DNA from: an uncultured Alphaproteobacteria bacterium
Lineage (GTDB): Bacteria; Pseudomonadota; Alphaproteobacteria; Acetobacterales; Acetobacteraceae
Direction of reading: 5' to 3'
NCBI GenBank assembly: GCA_963743035.1
Contig: CAVUOB010000002.1
Span: 216,692 to 280,691 of the forward strand
Length of the DNA stretch: 64,000 nucleotides
Under the pieces are notes generated by a model. The model was not told the origin of the DNA, ran no database searches, and saw only the letters and a program-made list of their open reading frames with translations. The position numbers and the translations under genes were made by a program. This document shows positions 21,492 through 31,331 of this stretch, one piece after another (positions within the stretch are counted from its first letter, which is position 1; the number at the start of each line of letters is the position of its first letter).

Positions 21492-21702
21492 GGGGCTCTG
21501 CCCCCTGCACCCCCGCCAAGGGACAGTCGTCCCTTGGATCCCTCGGACTGGTTTGTCTTGAAGGGGCCATGACGTAGCCGATCGACGGCTACGTCGGTTC
21601 GGCCCCTTCAAGACAAACCAAACGAATAGGGGTCAAGGGGATGACCATCCCCTTGCGGGGTGAAGGGGCGGAGCCCCTTCTGGGGTTTGGGGCAAAGCCC
21701 CA
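21492..21702. repeat. Multi-hairpin nested palindromic intergenic element, copy A
   Basis: Series of hairpins: GGGGCtctGCCCC; CCAAGGGACagtcGTCCCTTGG; a 19-bp central stem (21550-21568 / 21601-21619) with inner ACGTAGCCGatcgaCGGCTACGT; CAAGGGGATgaccATCCCCTTG; GGGGCggaGCCCC; TGGGGCaaaGCCCCA. Shares a 59-nt identical block with copy C. Confidence 0.85.
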
Positions 21703-21739
21703 ATCTCGCTAAGCTTCCCCCGCAACAGGGGGAAACGTC

Positions 21740-22594
21740 ATGGAAATTGGCGGCGCGATGTTCTTTACCGACTATGCGATGCCGGCCGGCGCGTTCGCGC
21801 AGGCGCTGGAGGCGCGTGGCTTCGGCTCGGTCTGGGCGCCGGAGCATTCGCATATTCCGACTTCGCGGCGATCGCCGTTCCCGCCGGGGGGCGAACTGCC
21901 GAAGGAGTATTATGAGTGCATGGATCCTTTCGTCTCCCTGACGATGGCCGCGGGCGCGACGAAAACGTTGAAGCTCGGCACCGGCATCTGCCTGGTCACC
22001 CAGCGCGATCCGATCCAGACCGCGAAGCTGGTGGCTTCCATTGACCAGGTCTCGCAGGGCCGTTTCCTGTTTGGTGTCGGCAATGGCTGGAACGCCGAGG
22101 AGATGGCCGATCACGGCACCGATTTCGCCTCCCGCCATCGGCTGGCGCGGGAACGGATCGAGGCGATGAAACTGATCTGGACCCGCACCAAGGCGGAATA
22201 TCACGGCGAGTTCGTGGATTTTCCGGAGATGATGGCCTGGCCGAAGCCGTTGCAGAAACCGCATCCGCCGATCATCGTCGGCGGGGCGTTTCCCTATGGC
22301 GCGCGCCGGGCGATACGGTACGGCGATGGCTGGATACCGCATGCTAGCCGCAAGGAATATGGCGACGTGCTGGAGTTCCTGCCGCGCTTTCGCCAGATGG
22401 CAACCGAGGGCGGGCGCGATGCGGCCTCGCTTCCGGTGTCTGTCTGGGGCGCGCCAGAGGAGCGCGACCGGCTGAACCGGTTGCGCGACGCCGGCGTTGC
22501 TCGGGTGATCATCACCTTCAAATCCGCACCGGAAGCGGATCTGCTGGCCAGGATGGATCGCTGGGCGGAACTGATCCGAGGCCTCAACGGCTAG
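21740..22594 (+). CDS. LLM-class F420/flavin-dependent oxidoreductase (luciferase-like)
   Basis: 284 aa with FFTDYAM...WAPEHSHIP...GWNAEEM.... Tandem paralog of the next gene. Confidence 0.85.
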   Translation: MEIGGAMFFTDYAMPAGAFAQALEARGFGSVWAPEHSHIPTSRRSPFPPGGELPKEYYECMDPFVSLTMAAGATKTLKLGTGICLVTQRDPIQTAKLVASIDQVSQGRFLFGVGNGWNAEEMADHGTDFASRHRLARERIEAMKLIWTRTKAEYHGEFVDFPEMMAWPKPLQKPHPPIIVGGAFPYGARRAIRYGDGWIPHASRKEYGDVLEFLPRFRQMATEGGRDAASLPVSVWGAPEERDRLNRLRDAGVARVIITFKSAPEADLLARMDRWAELIRGLNG

Positions 22595-22687
22595 CGCGGA
22601 CGTTGCGTGAAATCGCCCTGCTTCTCTTCTTCCGCGCAATCCTGTTAGTCCAGACGGGCTAATATTGCTCTCAACAAGGACAGAAAT

Positions 22688-23542
22688 ATGCAATTCGGCG
22701 CAAGCATGTTCTTCACCGACTATTCCATGGCCCCGGCCGCGCTGGCGACGGCCCTGGAAGCGCGAGGGTTCGAATCGATCTGGGCGCCCGAGCATTCGCA
22801 CATCCCCCTCAGCCGGAAATCGCCCTGGGGCGGGGGAGGGGATCTGCCGAAGAAATACTATGATGTGATGGACCCGTTCGTGACCCTGACCGCAGCGGCG
22901 GTGGTGACGAAAACCCTGAAGCTGGGCACGGGCGTTTGCCTCGTGCAGCAGCGCGATGCCATCCAGACCGCCAAGCTGGTTGCATCCTTGGACCAGATCT
23001 CCAACGGCCGCTTCCTGTTCGGCATCGGGATCGGCTGGAACCAGGACGAGATGGAGAACCACGGCGTGGCGTTCGAAAGCCGCGCCAGGCTGGCGCGCGA
23101 GAAGATCGAGGCGATGAAGGAGATCTGGACCCGATCCAAGGCGGAGTATCATGGAGAATTCGTCAAATTCGATCCCATGATGGCGTGGCCCAAGCCGGTA
23201 CAGAAGCCGCACCCGCCGATCATCGTCGGCGGCGCCTTTCCGCATGGCGCGCGACGCGCATTGCGCTATGGAGATGGCTGGATCCCGCTATCCGGGCGTG
23301 CTGCCTATGGCGACATTGCCGATCACCTGTCGCGCTTCAGGCAGATGGCGTCGGAGGCGGGGCGCGACCTGGCGACGGTGCCGCTGTCGATGTTCGCCGT
23401 GCCGGAGGATGTGGATACCATCAAGCGCTACCGCGACCTCGGTGTTTCCCGTGTCGTCGTCAGCCTGGAGTCCGAGGATGCCGGGAAGACCCTGCCGATC
23501 CTGGATCGCTGGGCGAAAATAATCGGGCAGGTGAACGCCTGA
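22688..23542 (+). CDS. LLM-class F420/flavin-dependent oxidoreductase (luciferase-like), tandem paralog
   Basis: 284 aa, colinear with 21740..22594 over its full length with many identical blocks (TKTLKLGTG.CLV.QRD.IQTAKLVAS.DQ.S.GRFLFG). Confidence 0.85.
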   Translation: MQFGASMFFTDYSMAPAALATALEARGFESIWAPEHSHIPLSRKSPWGGGGDLPKKYYDVMDPFVTLTAAAVVTKTLKLGTGVCLVQQRDAIQTAKLVASLDQISNGRFLFGIGIGWNQDEMENHGVAFESRARLAREKIEAMKEIWTRSKAEYHGEFVKFDPMMAWPKPVQKPHPPIIVGGAFPHGARRALRYGDGWIPLSGRAAYGDIADHLSRFRQMASEAGRDLATVPLSMFAVPEDVDTIKRYRDLGVSRVVVSLESEDAGKTLPILDRWAKIIGQVNA

Positions 23543-23570
23543 TCGCCGGTCAGGCTGCGCTTGCAGACAC

Positions 23571-23611
23571 AAATAAGCGGGCACGGCCCAACACCCCGTG
23601 CCCGCTTATTT
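23571..23611. terminator. Bidirectional intrinsic terminator between convergent genes
   Basis: Perfect 16-bp stem AAATAAGCGGGCACGG / CCGTGCCCGCTTATTT with a 9-nt loop. The A-run and T-run form part of the stem ends. Confidence 0.8.
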
Positions 23612-23624
23612 GTAAATCCGTTTC

Positions 23625-24026
23625 TTAGCCGTGAGCGGCGGTTTTGCCGCGCGGCGCCGGTTCGGCCGCCGGCTTTGCCTTGGCGGCAGCGGCGGAAGCT
23701 TCCGACATGATGGAGCGCAGGTCGCGCAGGAATGCGGCGCCCTTCATGGTGCGCTGTACCAGCACGCTGCGGCGGTCGAGCGGGTCGACCTTGCGGCGGG
23801 CGAGGTCAAGCTCGCCAAGGCGGTCGAGCGCGCGCGTGATCGCCGGCTTGGAGACGTTCAGCTCTGCGGCCAGACCCCGAACCGTATGCGGGCCTTCCTG
23901 CAGGTAGCAGGTGAGGAACACGCCGAGCTGGCGTGCCGACAGATCGGGACCGTCGCGTCGCACGAGTGCAACGACCGTGTCCCTGAGTATGCCGACCAAC
24001 TGGTCGGTTGACGCACTTGCAGCCAT
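23625..24026 (-). CDS. MarR-family transcriptional regulator with a short Ala/Lys-rich C-terminal tail
   Basis: Start at MAASASTDQL (AAGGAAGGG upstream). Winged-helix region LAAELNVSKPAITRALDRLGELDLARRKVDPLDRRSV. Confidence 0.8.
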   Translation of the reverse strand: MAASASTDQLVGILRDTVVALVRRDGPDLSARQLGVFLTCYLQEGPHTVRGLAAELNVSKPAITRALDRLGELDLARRKVDPLDRRSVLVQRTMKGAAFLRDLRSIMSEASAAAAKAKPAAEPAPRGKTAAHG

Positions 24027-24245
24027 TTTTTCAACCCTTCCTTGTTGCGGATGACGCCATGCATCCTGTTTGAGTTTTGCGGAATTTCGTCTGAAGACCT
24101 TCTCGCGGTCCAAGCGATCGATTTGGCTATCGGAGGCGAATCGAACCCAGCCAATTAACTTTATATGGGCCCCTTCATGCTGCTTTGCAATTACTCCAGG
24201 CGATTGAATATTACTTCATCTTCAAAATCGCTTGATGTCCGGTCT

Positions 24246-25662
24246 TCATCCAGTGGTTGAACCGGCGAACCGGGTGCGAAGTGCGGCGAATACCGCCCGC
24301 ATGGCCTGCGCCTCACCGCCTTCGGGGCGTCCCGGGCCGGTCTGGTCGTTCCACGCGTAAGTATCAAGATGCGCCCATTTCACTCCCGGAGCGACAAACC
24401 GTTGCATGAACAATGCAGCTATGATCGCACCGGCCATCGGTTTGCTGGAAACGTTATTGATATCCGCCACCGGCGAATCCAGCCACCGATCGTAACCTTT
24501 CCACAGCGGCAGGCGCCATAGCGGATCGTGCCGTTCCAGGCCCGCTTCCAGCAGCGAGCCGGCCCAGGATTCATCGTTGCAGAACAGCGCCGGCATGTCC
24601 GGGCCGAGCGCCACCCGGGCGGCCCCCGTCAGCGTCGCTGCATCCAACAGCAAGTCCGGGGCTTCATCGGATGCCTCCGCAAGCAGATCGCAGAGCACCA
24701 GCCGGCCTTCGGCGTCGGTGTTGCCGATCTCCACGGTCAGTCCGCGGCGGGTGCGCACGACGTCGAGCGGGCGCATCGCGGTGCCGGAGACCGAGTTCTC
24801 GACGCAGCCGATACGAACCGTCAGGCGTACCGGCAGGTCCGCCTGCATGATCAGCCTGGCGATGCCGAGAACGATCGCAGCACCCCCCATGTCCTTCTTC
24901 ATCCGGAGCATGCCCGCGGACGGCTTCAGATCGTAACCACCGGTATCAAAGCAGACGCCCTTGCCACAAAGGGAGATCAGCGGCGCGGCGGCATGCGCCT
25001 GGCTGCCGGACCACTCGAAGCAAACCACAACGGGTTCCCGCGCCGAGCCGCGCCCGACCGTGGCCACCATGGGATAGGATTCCGCGAGTTCCGCGCCAAC
25101 AACGATTCTGGGTTGCGCGCCGTGGCGCCGGGCGAGGCCGGCGGCGATGTCGGCCAGCTCCGCCGGCCCGAGCAGGTTGGCCGGCGTGTTGATGAGGTCG
25201 CGCACCATCCAGGCGCTCGCGGCTTCCTGCAGGCTCCACTCGCTGCCTTCTGGCTGCACCAGGCGGGCGGCAGCGCGGGCGGCGGGCTTCGCTGCGGTGT
25301 AGCGGTAGGCGCCGAGCGCATAGCCGAGTGTCGCATTCGCGGGGTCGAAATCGTCCCCGACCAGGCGCCACGGCCGGCTGTCTGCGGCGGTGGCGGCGGG
25401 CAGGCGGAACGGCAGGTCGCCGAAGACGAACGGCGAGCGATCGACACCCAGGCCGAATACCGCCCCTGCCGAGTCCCGTATCGTCCTGCAGGAAGGCCAG
25501 TTCGCCGGCGGCGGCGGTGAAGCCGAGACCGCGCAGATACCGGGCTTGTGCTTCGGGAAATTGATCCAGCTTTGTGGCAAGGCCTTCGGGGCGCACCGTG
25601 TGTACCGGCAGCGCTCCGGGGGCAGGCGAGACAAAGCAATCGATCATCTGATCGAGCATCAA
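24246..25662 (-). pseudogene. M17-family leucyl aminopeptidase-like protein, 1-nt frameshift near 25475-25478
   Basis: ORF 24946..25662 supplies the N-terminus (MMLDQMIDCF...GELAFLQDDT). ORF 24246..25634 continues DSAGAVFGLG... and carries the M17 signature NTDAEGRLVLCD. The join lies in a GGG run. Confidence 0.8.
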
Positions 25663-25908
25663 GCTCAGTTCCTATTGGTTTATCGCTCGCCGTGCCCAAG
25701 GCAGCAGCAATCGGGTCGGACCATACACACACCGAACTGTTGCACAAGGGCGTGTGCAGCGAGTCCGGTCCGATCAGGTATCGACCCGAAAGGCGGGCGG
25801 CGGGAAGTCGTGGAAAATACTTAGGTTGGGAGTAACCAATCGGAACGATATAATTTTATTTAATCCATCCGGAAAAGTTGCCGATTCGTTATCGGATCTG
25901 GACGATCA

Positions 25909-27867
25909 TTAATCCGCTGGACGTGTTGTCATGCTGGCCGACAGAAGCCGCGTGATCTGGCGGGCGAATTCGCCGGGGTCACGCGGGCCTTCGCCTTCCT
26001 GCACGCGCGCGAGGTCGAGCAGGACGCCGGCGATGTCGGCGATGTCGTCATGGCTGCCCGCTTCCCCCCGTCCCGCTTCCTCCGGTGTGGCATGGGCAGC
26101 CGCGAGGGCAACGATCAGCGGGTGCTTCGGGTTGATTTCCAGATCGGGCGCGGGCTGGTAGCCGGGGCGCCCGGCGCGGCGCAGCAAGCGCTGCATCTGC
26201 AGATCCGGCCCCGCGCCGGCCGCGAGCACGACGGCGCTGTCCACCAGCCGCGCGCTCGCGCGCACCTCGTGCACCGCATCGCCCAGCGCCGTCTTCAGCG
26301 CGGCGCAAAGCGCGGAGACATCGCCCGTCTCGCCCTCGGCGGCGAGGTCGCTGGAGGACTGGGTGACGCTCGCCAGTTTCTTGCCGGCGAAACCGTCCAG
26401 CCGCTCCGGCCAGAACGCATCGATCGGGTCGGCCAGCAGCAGCACCTCGATCCCGCGGGCACGGAACCCCTCGATCTGCGGGGAGTTGCGCAGCGCCGCC
26501 TCGTTCTCCCCGGTCAGGTAGTAGATCTTCTCCTGCTCCGGTCCCATCCGCCCCACATAAGCCTCCAGGCTCGTCCAGCCCTCCTGGGTGGAGGAACGGA
26601 AGCGCAGCAGCGGCGTGATCTCGTCGCGATGCTCGGCATCCTCCCAGACGCCTTCCTTCAGGATCGGACCGAAATCCTCCCAGAACTTCTCATAGCTCTG
26701 ATCTTCCCCGGCGGCTTCCTGCGGCTTCGCCTCCGGCTCTCCGGCACCGGGCTGCGCAGCTGCCTCCTGCCTGGCGCGTGTCTTCAGCTCGGTGATGACG
26801 CGGTTGGTGACGGCGCGGCGGATGCGGGCCAGCACCGGCGTCGTCTGCAGCATCTCGCGCGAGACGTTCAGCGGCAGGTCCTCGGTGTCCACCACGCCCT
26901 GCACGAAGCGCAGCCAGGGCGGCAGCAGGGCGGCGCGATCGGTGATGAACATCCGCTTCACATGCAGCCGGACATGCGATTCCCGGTCGCCCTCCACGGG
27001 GTCGAACGGTTTCATTCCTGGAATGAACAGCATGGCGAAGAACTCGATCGTGCCCTCGGCCTTCCAGTGCAGCGTCGCCCAGGGCGTATCGAAGATGTTG
27101 CCGAGATGGCGGTAGAAGCCGGTGACCGCCTCCTCCGTCACCTCGGAGCGGGATTTGCGCCACAGGGCGGTGCCCTCGTTGGCCGGCTTTTCCTCGCCGC
27201 CATCGGCGCCCCCCTCCTTGTCCCAAATCGTGATCGGCAGCGTGATGTGGTCGGCCCATTTGCGCACGATGGTCTGGAGCCGGATCGGCTCCAGGTACTC
27301 ATCGGCATCCGCCTTCATGTGCAGCACGATGTCGGTGCCCCGCTGCTCGCGCGTCGCCGGGGCGATGGTGAACTCCCCGGCACCTTCGGAGGCCCAGGTG
27401 AAGGCGTGATCGGCGCCGGCCTTGCGCGACGTGACCTCCACCCGGTCGGCGACCATGAAGGCGGAGTAGAAGCCGACGCCGAACTGGCCGATCAGGCTCG
27501 GCCGCTCGTCCGCGGACGCCGAGGCCAGCGCCTTGGCAGCCGCCGCGGTGCCGGAGCGGGCGATGGTGCCGAGGTTGTCGATCAGCTCCTGTCGCGTCAT
27601 GCCGATGCCGTCATCGGAAATTGTCAGGCTGCGGGCGGATTTGTCCGGCACCAGCCGGATCTTCGCCCCCTCCGGCAGGGCCAGCGCCGGGTCGGTCAGC
27701 GCCTCGAAACGGCGGCGGTCGGTGGCGTCGGCGGCGTTGGCCACCAGTTCGCGCAGGAAGATTTCCCGCTCCGAATACAGCGAATGCACCACGAGATCGA
27801 GCAGCCGCCCGACCTCGGCGCCGAATCCGTGCTTTTCCAAACCTGCTGCCGCTTCGTCCGCCATCAT
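25909..27867 (-). CDS. htpG: Molecular chaperone HtpG (Hsp90)
   Basis: 652 aa with the N-terminal GHKL ATPase motifs [11 protein letters not shown] and DDGIGMT. Full-length Hsp90 architecture. Confidence 0.95.
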   Translation of the reverse strand: MMADEAAAGLEKHGFGAEVGRLLDLVVHSLYSEREIFLRELVANAADATDRRRFEALTDPALALPEGAKIRLVPDKSARSLTISDDGIGMTRQELIDNLGTIARSGTAAAAKALASASADERPSLIGQFGVGFYSAFMVADRVEVTSRKAGADHAFTWASEGAGEFTIAPATREQRGTDIVLHMKADADEYLEPIRLQTIVRKWADHITLPITIWDKEGGADGGEEKPANEGTALWRKSRSEVTEEAVTGFYRHLGNIFDTPWATLHWKAEGTIEFFAMLFIPGMKPFDPVEGDRESHVRLHVKRMFITDRAALLPPWLRFVQGVVDTEDLPLNVSREMLQTTPVLARIRRAVTNRVITELKTRARQEAAAQPGAGEPEAKPQEAAGEDQSYEKFWEDFGPILKEGVWEDAEHRDEITPLLRFRSSTQEGWTSLEAYVGRMGPEQEKIYYLTGENEAALRNSPQIEGFRARGIEVLLLADPIDAFWPERLDGFAGKKLASVTQSSSDLAAEGETGDVSALCAALKTALGDAVHEVRASARLVDSAVVLAAGAGPDLQMQRLLRRAGRPGYQPAPDLEINPKHPLIVALAAAHATPEEAGRGEAGSHDDIADIAGVLLDLARVQEGEGPRDPGEFARQITRLLSASMTTRPAD

Positions 27868-28008
27868 TCACTCCATCCAGTCTGTTCAGGTCCGCAACCG
27901 GCGCAGCTGTGCGCGGGATGCCGCCCGATTTCAACGCCTTATCCGGAATACGACAACCGTCACATTCAAACCCTTGCAATCCGGGCCGGCAACCTCAACC
28001 ATCTGTGC

Positions 28009-30543
28009 ATGTCTGATTTCGCGCCCCGCGTGAAGGCTGTCCTGGGTCCGACGAACACCGGCAAGACCCATCTGGCCATGGAACGCCTGCTGGCCCATTC
28101 ATCGGGGATCATCGGTTTTCCACTGCGCCTGCTGGCGCGGGAGAACTACGACAAGATGGTCGCCCGCAAGGGCGCGCGCCATGTCGCGCTGATCACCGGG
28201 GAGGAGAAGATCCTGCCGCCGGAAGCGCGCTGGTTCTCCTGCACCGTCGAAGCCATGCCGCTTGATAAGAGGATTAGCGGCGCCTCGCGCGATAGAGCTG
28301 CCGGCCCTGCCGGCGTGGAATTCGTTGCCGTGGACGAGATCCAGCTCTGCGCCGATGCCGATCGCGGCCATGTCTTTACGGAGCGGCTGCTGCACGCGCG
28401 CGGCATGGTGGAGACGATGTTCCTGGGCGCGGAGACCATCCGCCCGCTGCTGAAGCGCCTGGTCCCGCAGGCCGAGATCGACACCCGCCCGCGGCTGTCG
28501 CAACTGGCCCATGCCGGGCCGGCGAAACTGACCAAGCTGCCGCCGCGCTCCGCCGTGGTCGCGTTCAGCGCCGGCGAGGTCTACGCCATCGCCGAGCTGA
28601 TCCGCCGCCGCCGGGGCGGCTGCGCGGTGGTGATGGGCCGCCTGTCGCCGCGCACCCGCAACGCCCAGGTGGCGCTGTATCAGGACAAGGAGGTCGATTT
28701 CCTGGTGGCGACGGATGCCATCGGCATGGGGCTGAACATGGACGTGGACCATGTCGCCTTCGCGCGGCTGTCCAAGTTCGACGGCCACCGCCCGCGCCGC
28801 CTGACGGCGCCGGAGATCGCCCAGATAGCCGGGCGCGCGGGCCGCGGCATGCGCGACGGCACCTTCGGCACCACCGGGGATTGCCTGCCGCTGACCGAGG
28901 ACCTGGTCGATGCGGTGGAGAACCATAAATTCGAGGCGCTGAGCCAGCTGGTCTGGCGCAACGACGCGCTGGATTTTTCCGATCTCGACGCCCTGCTGGA
29001 CAGCCTGAACGCGCCCCCGCCGGGTGCGGGGCTGATCCGCGGCAACGAGGCGAGCGACGTCGAGACCCTCGCGGCCCTGGCGCGCGAGCCAGATCTTCGA
29101 AAACTGGCGTCTGGCCGCTCGCGCGTGCGGCTGCTCTGGGAAGCCTGCCAGATCCCGGATTTCCGTAAGCTGGCGGACGAGACACACACAAGGCTGTGCG
29201 GGCGGGTGTTCGAGCACATCGTGCGGGACGGCCAGATCCCGACCGACTGGCTGGCCGGGCAGATCGCCGCCATCTCCCGCGCCGACGGGGATATCGACAC
29301 GCTGATGCAGCGCCTGTCCGGCGTCCGGGTCTGGTCCTACATCGCCGCGCGCACCGACTGGGTGAAGGACGCGACGCATTGGCAGGAGCGGGCGAGGGAG
29401 GTCGAGGACCAGCTGTCGGACGCGCTGCATGAACGCCTGACCGCGCGCTTCGTCGACCGCCGTGCCGCGCATCTGATGCGCCGCCTGGAGGCGGCGGAGG
29501 GGCGGGAGCTGCTGTCCGCGGTGACGCCGCGCGGCGAGGTGGTGGTGGAAGGCCACGCCGTCGGCCAGGTCGCCGGTTTCGGCTTCGTCCCCGACCCGCT
29601 GGCCGAGGGCGAGGAAAAGAAGCTGGTGCTGCGCGCCGCCCGCCGCGCCCTTCGCGCCGAAATGCCGCGCAGGGTGGCGGCGGTGGAGGCGGCGGCGGAT
29701 GCCGCCTTCGCGCTCACCGACGATCATCGGCTGCTATGGGACGGTGTGGCGATCGCCCGCCTGCGGCCCGGCGCCAGCCGCCTGGCGCCCCGGGTGGAGG
29801 TGCTGGACAGCGAGTTCCTGGACGGCGCCCAGCGCGAGCGGCTGCGCATCCGGCTGCAGGGCTTCCTGGATGCGGCGATCCGGCGCGATTTCGCCGCCCT
29901 GTTCACCGCCATCGAGCGCGCCGGCAGCGATGCCGCCTTGCGCGGGCCGGTGCACCGGCTGAGCGAGGCGCTGGGGATCCTGCCGGGAGAGGACGAGATC
30001 GGGCCGGAATTGCGCGTCCGGCTGAAGGCGATCGGCGTGCGCGCCGGCCGCTTCGCGCTGTTCCTGCCGGCGATGCTGAAGCCTGGTGCCGCGGCGATGC
30101 GGGCGCGGCTGCTGGCGCTGGCGCAGGGCTTGCCCGCGCCGGCGCTGCCGCCGCCGGGGCTGGTGTCGCTGGCGGTGGCGCCGGATTGGCCGGCGGGCAT
30201 GGCGGCGGCGCTGGGCTGGCTGCAGATCGGGCCCGGGCTGCTGCGCGTGGACATCGCCGAGAAGGTGGCGGCCGAGCTGGCCTGGGCGGCGCGCAACGGC
30301 GTCACCGCCATGCCGGCCGGCCTCGCTTCCCGCTTTTCGGTGCGCGCCGACCTGCTGCCGGTGGTGCTGCGCCGGCTGGGGTTTCGCGTGGTGCCGGCCG
30401 GCGGCGTGTCGGCCGGGGAATATGGCCCGCCCGCGCCGGCGATGATCCTGCCGCCGCGGCGCAAGCGCGCGCCGACGCCCGCCCTGCCGCCGCGGGTGGT
30501 GCGGGCCGGCCCCTTCGCCGCGCTGGCGGCGCTCAAGCGCTAG
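28009..30543 (+). CDS. SUV3-like superfamily-2 helicase-related protein (conserved alphaproteobacterial helicase)
   Basis: Real part of the 1497-aa ORF. ATG 28009 gives MSDFAPRVKAVLGPTNTGKTH (Walker A), VDEIQ, and ATDAIGMGLN...IAGRAGR motifs. Followed by the S4-fdxA-carD genes as in many alphaproteobacteria. Confidence 0.8.
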   Translation: MSDFAPRVKAVLGPTNTGKTHLAMERLLAHSSGIIGFPLRLLARENYDKMVARKGARHVALITGEEKILPPEARWFSCTVEAMPLDKRISGASRDRAAGPAGVEFVAVDEIQLCADADRGHVFTERLLHARGMVETMFLGAETIRPLLKRLVPQAEIDTRPRLSQLAHAGPAKLTKLPPRSAVVAFSAGEVYAIAELIRRRRGGCAVVMGRLSPRTRNAQVALYQDKEVDFLVATDAIGMGLNMDVDHVAFARLSKFDGHRPRRLTAPEIAQIAGRAGRGMRDGTFGTTGDCLPLTEDLVDAVENHKFEALSQLVWRNDALDFSDLDALLDSLNAPPPGAGLIRGNEASDVETLAALAREPDLRKLASGRSRVRLLWEACQIPDFRKLADETHTRLCGRVFEHIVRDGQIPTDWLAGQIAAISRADGDIDTLMQRLSGVRVWSYIAARTDWVKDATHWQERAREVEDQLSDALHERLTARFVDRRAAHLMRRLEAAEGRELLSAVTPRGEVVVEGHAVGQVAGFGFVPDPLAEGEEKKLVLRAARRALRAEMPRRVAAVEAAADAAFALTDDHRLLWDGVAIARLRPGASRLAPRVEVLDSEFLDGAQRERLRIRLQGFLDAAIRRDFAALFTAIERAGSDAALRGPVHRLSEALGILPGEDEIGPELRVRLKAIGVRAGRFALFLPAMLKPGAAAMRARLLALAQGLPAPALPPPGLVSLAVAPDWPAGMAAALGWLQIGPGLLRVDIAEKVAAELAWAARNGVTAMPAGLASRFSVRADLLPVVLRRLGFRVVPAGGVSAGEYGPPAPAMILPPRRKRAPTPALPPRVVRAGPFAALAALKR

Positions 30544-30552
30544 GAGGCAGCG

Positions 30553-30912
30553 ATCGCCGAGCAGGAGGATCGGGATTGGCAGCGGCTGGACAAATGGCTC
30601 TGGTACGCCCGGTTCATGAAGGCGCGCAGCGACTGCGCCCGCTATGTCGGCGGCGGGCTTGTACGGCTGAACCGCCAGCCGACCGACAAGCCGCATGCCC
30701 GGCTGCGGGTGGGCGACGTGCTGACCCTGCCGGTGCCGGAGGGGCGGCGAGGAGAGGTGCGGGTCATCCGGGTGCTGGCGCTGGCGTTGCGCCGGGGGCC
30801 CGCCGTGGAAGCGCGCACGCTTTACGCAGAGTTGGTCGATGACATTTCGGCCGGCTCGTCCGGTGGCGCATCTTGCGCTGCAGCAGAATCGTCGGCATAT
30901 CCCCGCGACTGA
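30553..30912 (+). CDS. S4-domain RNA-binding protein (Hsp15-like); apparent non-canonical ATC start
   Basis: The conserved S4 N-terminus [17 protein letters not shown] lies upstream of the first ATG (30616). The in-frame stretch back to the helicase stop has no ATG/GTG/TTG. AGGAGG (30542-30547) sits 5 nt before ATC 30553. Confidence 0.6.
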   Translation: MAEQEDRDWQRLDKWLWYARFMKARSDCARYVGGGLVRLNRQPTDKPHARLRVGDVLTLPVPEGRRGEVRVIRVLALALRRGPAVEARTLYAELVDDISAGSSGGASCAAAESSAYPRD

Positions 30913-30998
30913 CCTCGGACCCGCTCAGGCGCCCGCTCAGGCGATCGGCGCGGGGCTCGGCCCATTGGTCTCTACTCTTCTCCTCCCGGGGGTTCGCC

Positions 30999-31331
30999 AT
31001 GACCTACGTGGTCACTGAAAACTGCATTCGCTGCAAATACATGGATTGCGTGGAGGTGTGTCCGGTGGACTGCTTCTATGTCGGCGAGAACATGCTGGTC
31101 ATCCATCCTGACGAATGCATCGATTGCGGCGTCTGCGAGCCCGAATGCCCCGCCGAGGCGATCCTGCCGGACAGCGACGACCGCGCCGGCGCCTGGCTGG
31201 AGCAGAACCGGACCTATGCCGGCCTGTGGCCGAACATCACCCGCAAGGGTGAGGCGCCGGTGGACGCGGATGAGTGGAAGGACAAGCCGGACAAGGCCAA
31301 GCTGTTCTCCGCCGAGCCTGGTAAGCCCTAG
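30999..31331 (+). CDS. fdxA: 7Fe ferredoxin (3Fe-4S plus 4Fe-4S), FdxA type
   Basis: [27 protein letters not shown]...[12 protein letters not shown]. Confidence 0.9.
   Translation: MTYVVTENCIRCKYMDCVEVCPVDCFYVGENMLVIHPDECIDCGVCEPECPAEAILPDSDDRAGAWLEQNRTYAGLWPNITRKGEAPVDADEWKDKPDKAKLFSAEPGKP

Noticed and set aside
21492-21702. Whether the hairpin repeats could be a CRISPR array or a tRNA-like/attachment structure
   Set aside because: There are no regularly spaced direct repeats with unique spacers. The units are single, separated by about 19-21 kb, and internally palindromic. No cas genes are present.
21608-23245. 545-aa minus-strand ORF, plus the similar long antisense ORFs 28099..29727, 44159..45889, 47090..48442, 10593..12071 and 61826..63793
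   Set aside because: Each is the mirror frame of a strongly supported gene (LLM pair, helicase, glnA, amtB, fumC, ACAD). None has a domain signature.
26050-28008. N-terminal roughly 650 aa of the 1497-aa plus-strand ORF 26050..30543
   Set aside because: It lies exactly antisense to htpG and has Arg/Gly/Ala/His-rich composition with no recognisable domains. The real helicase begins at ATG 28009 with a Walker A motif. This is a typical high-GC shadow ORF.
27868-28008. Sigma32 heat-shock promoter for htpG, or a promoter for the helicase, in the 141-nt divergent spacer
   Set aside because: Only loose matches are present: TTGAAA-N12-CCCGCGCAC on the htpG strand, and CTTGCAA-N16-CAACCATCT on the other strand, ending 5 nt from the helicase ATG. 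These are not good enough to call.
28255-28325. Lower-GC insertion-like segment (…DKRISGASRDRAAGPAGVE…) inside the helicase between motif I/Ia and the DExQ box
   Set aside because: It is in frame, short and without repeats or mobile-element signatures. It is most simply a lineage-specific loop, and I cannot evaluate it without an alignment.
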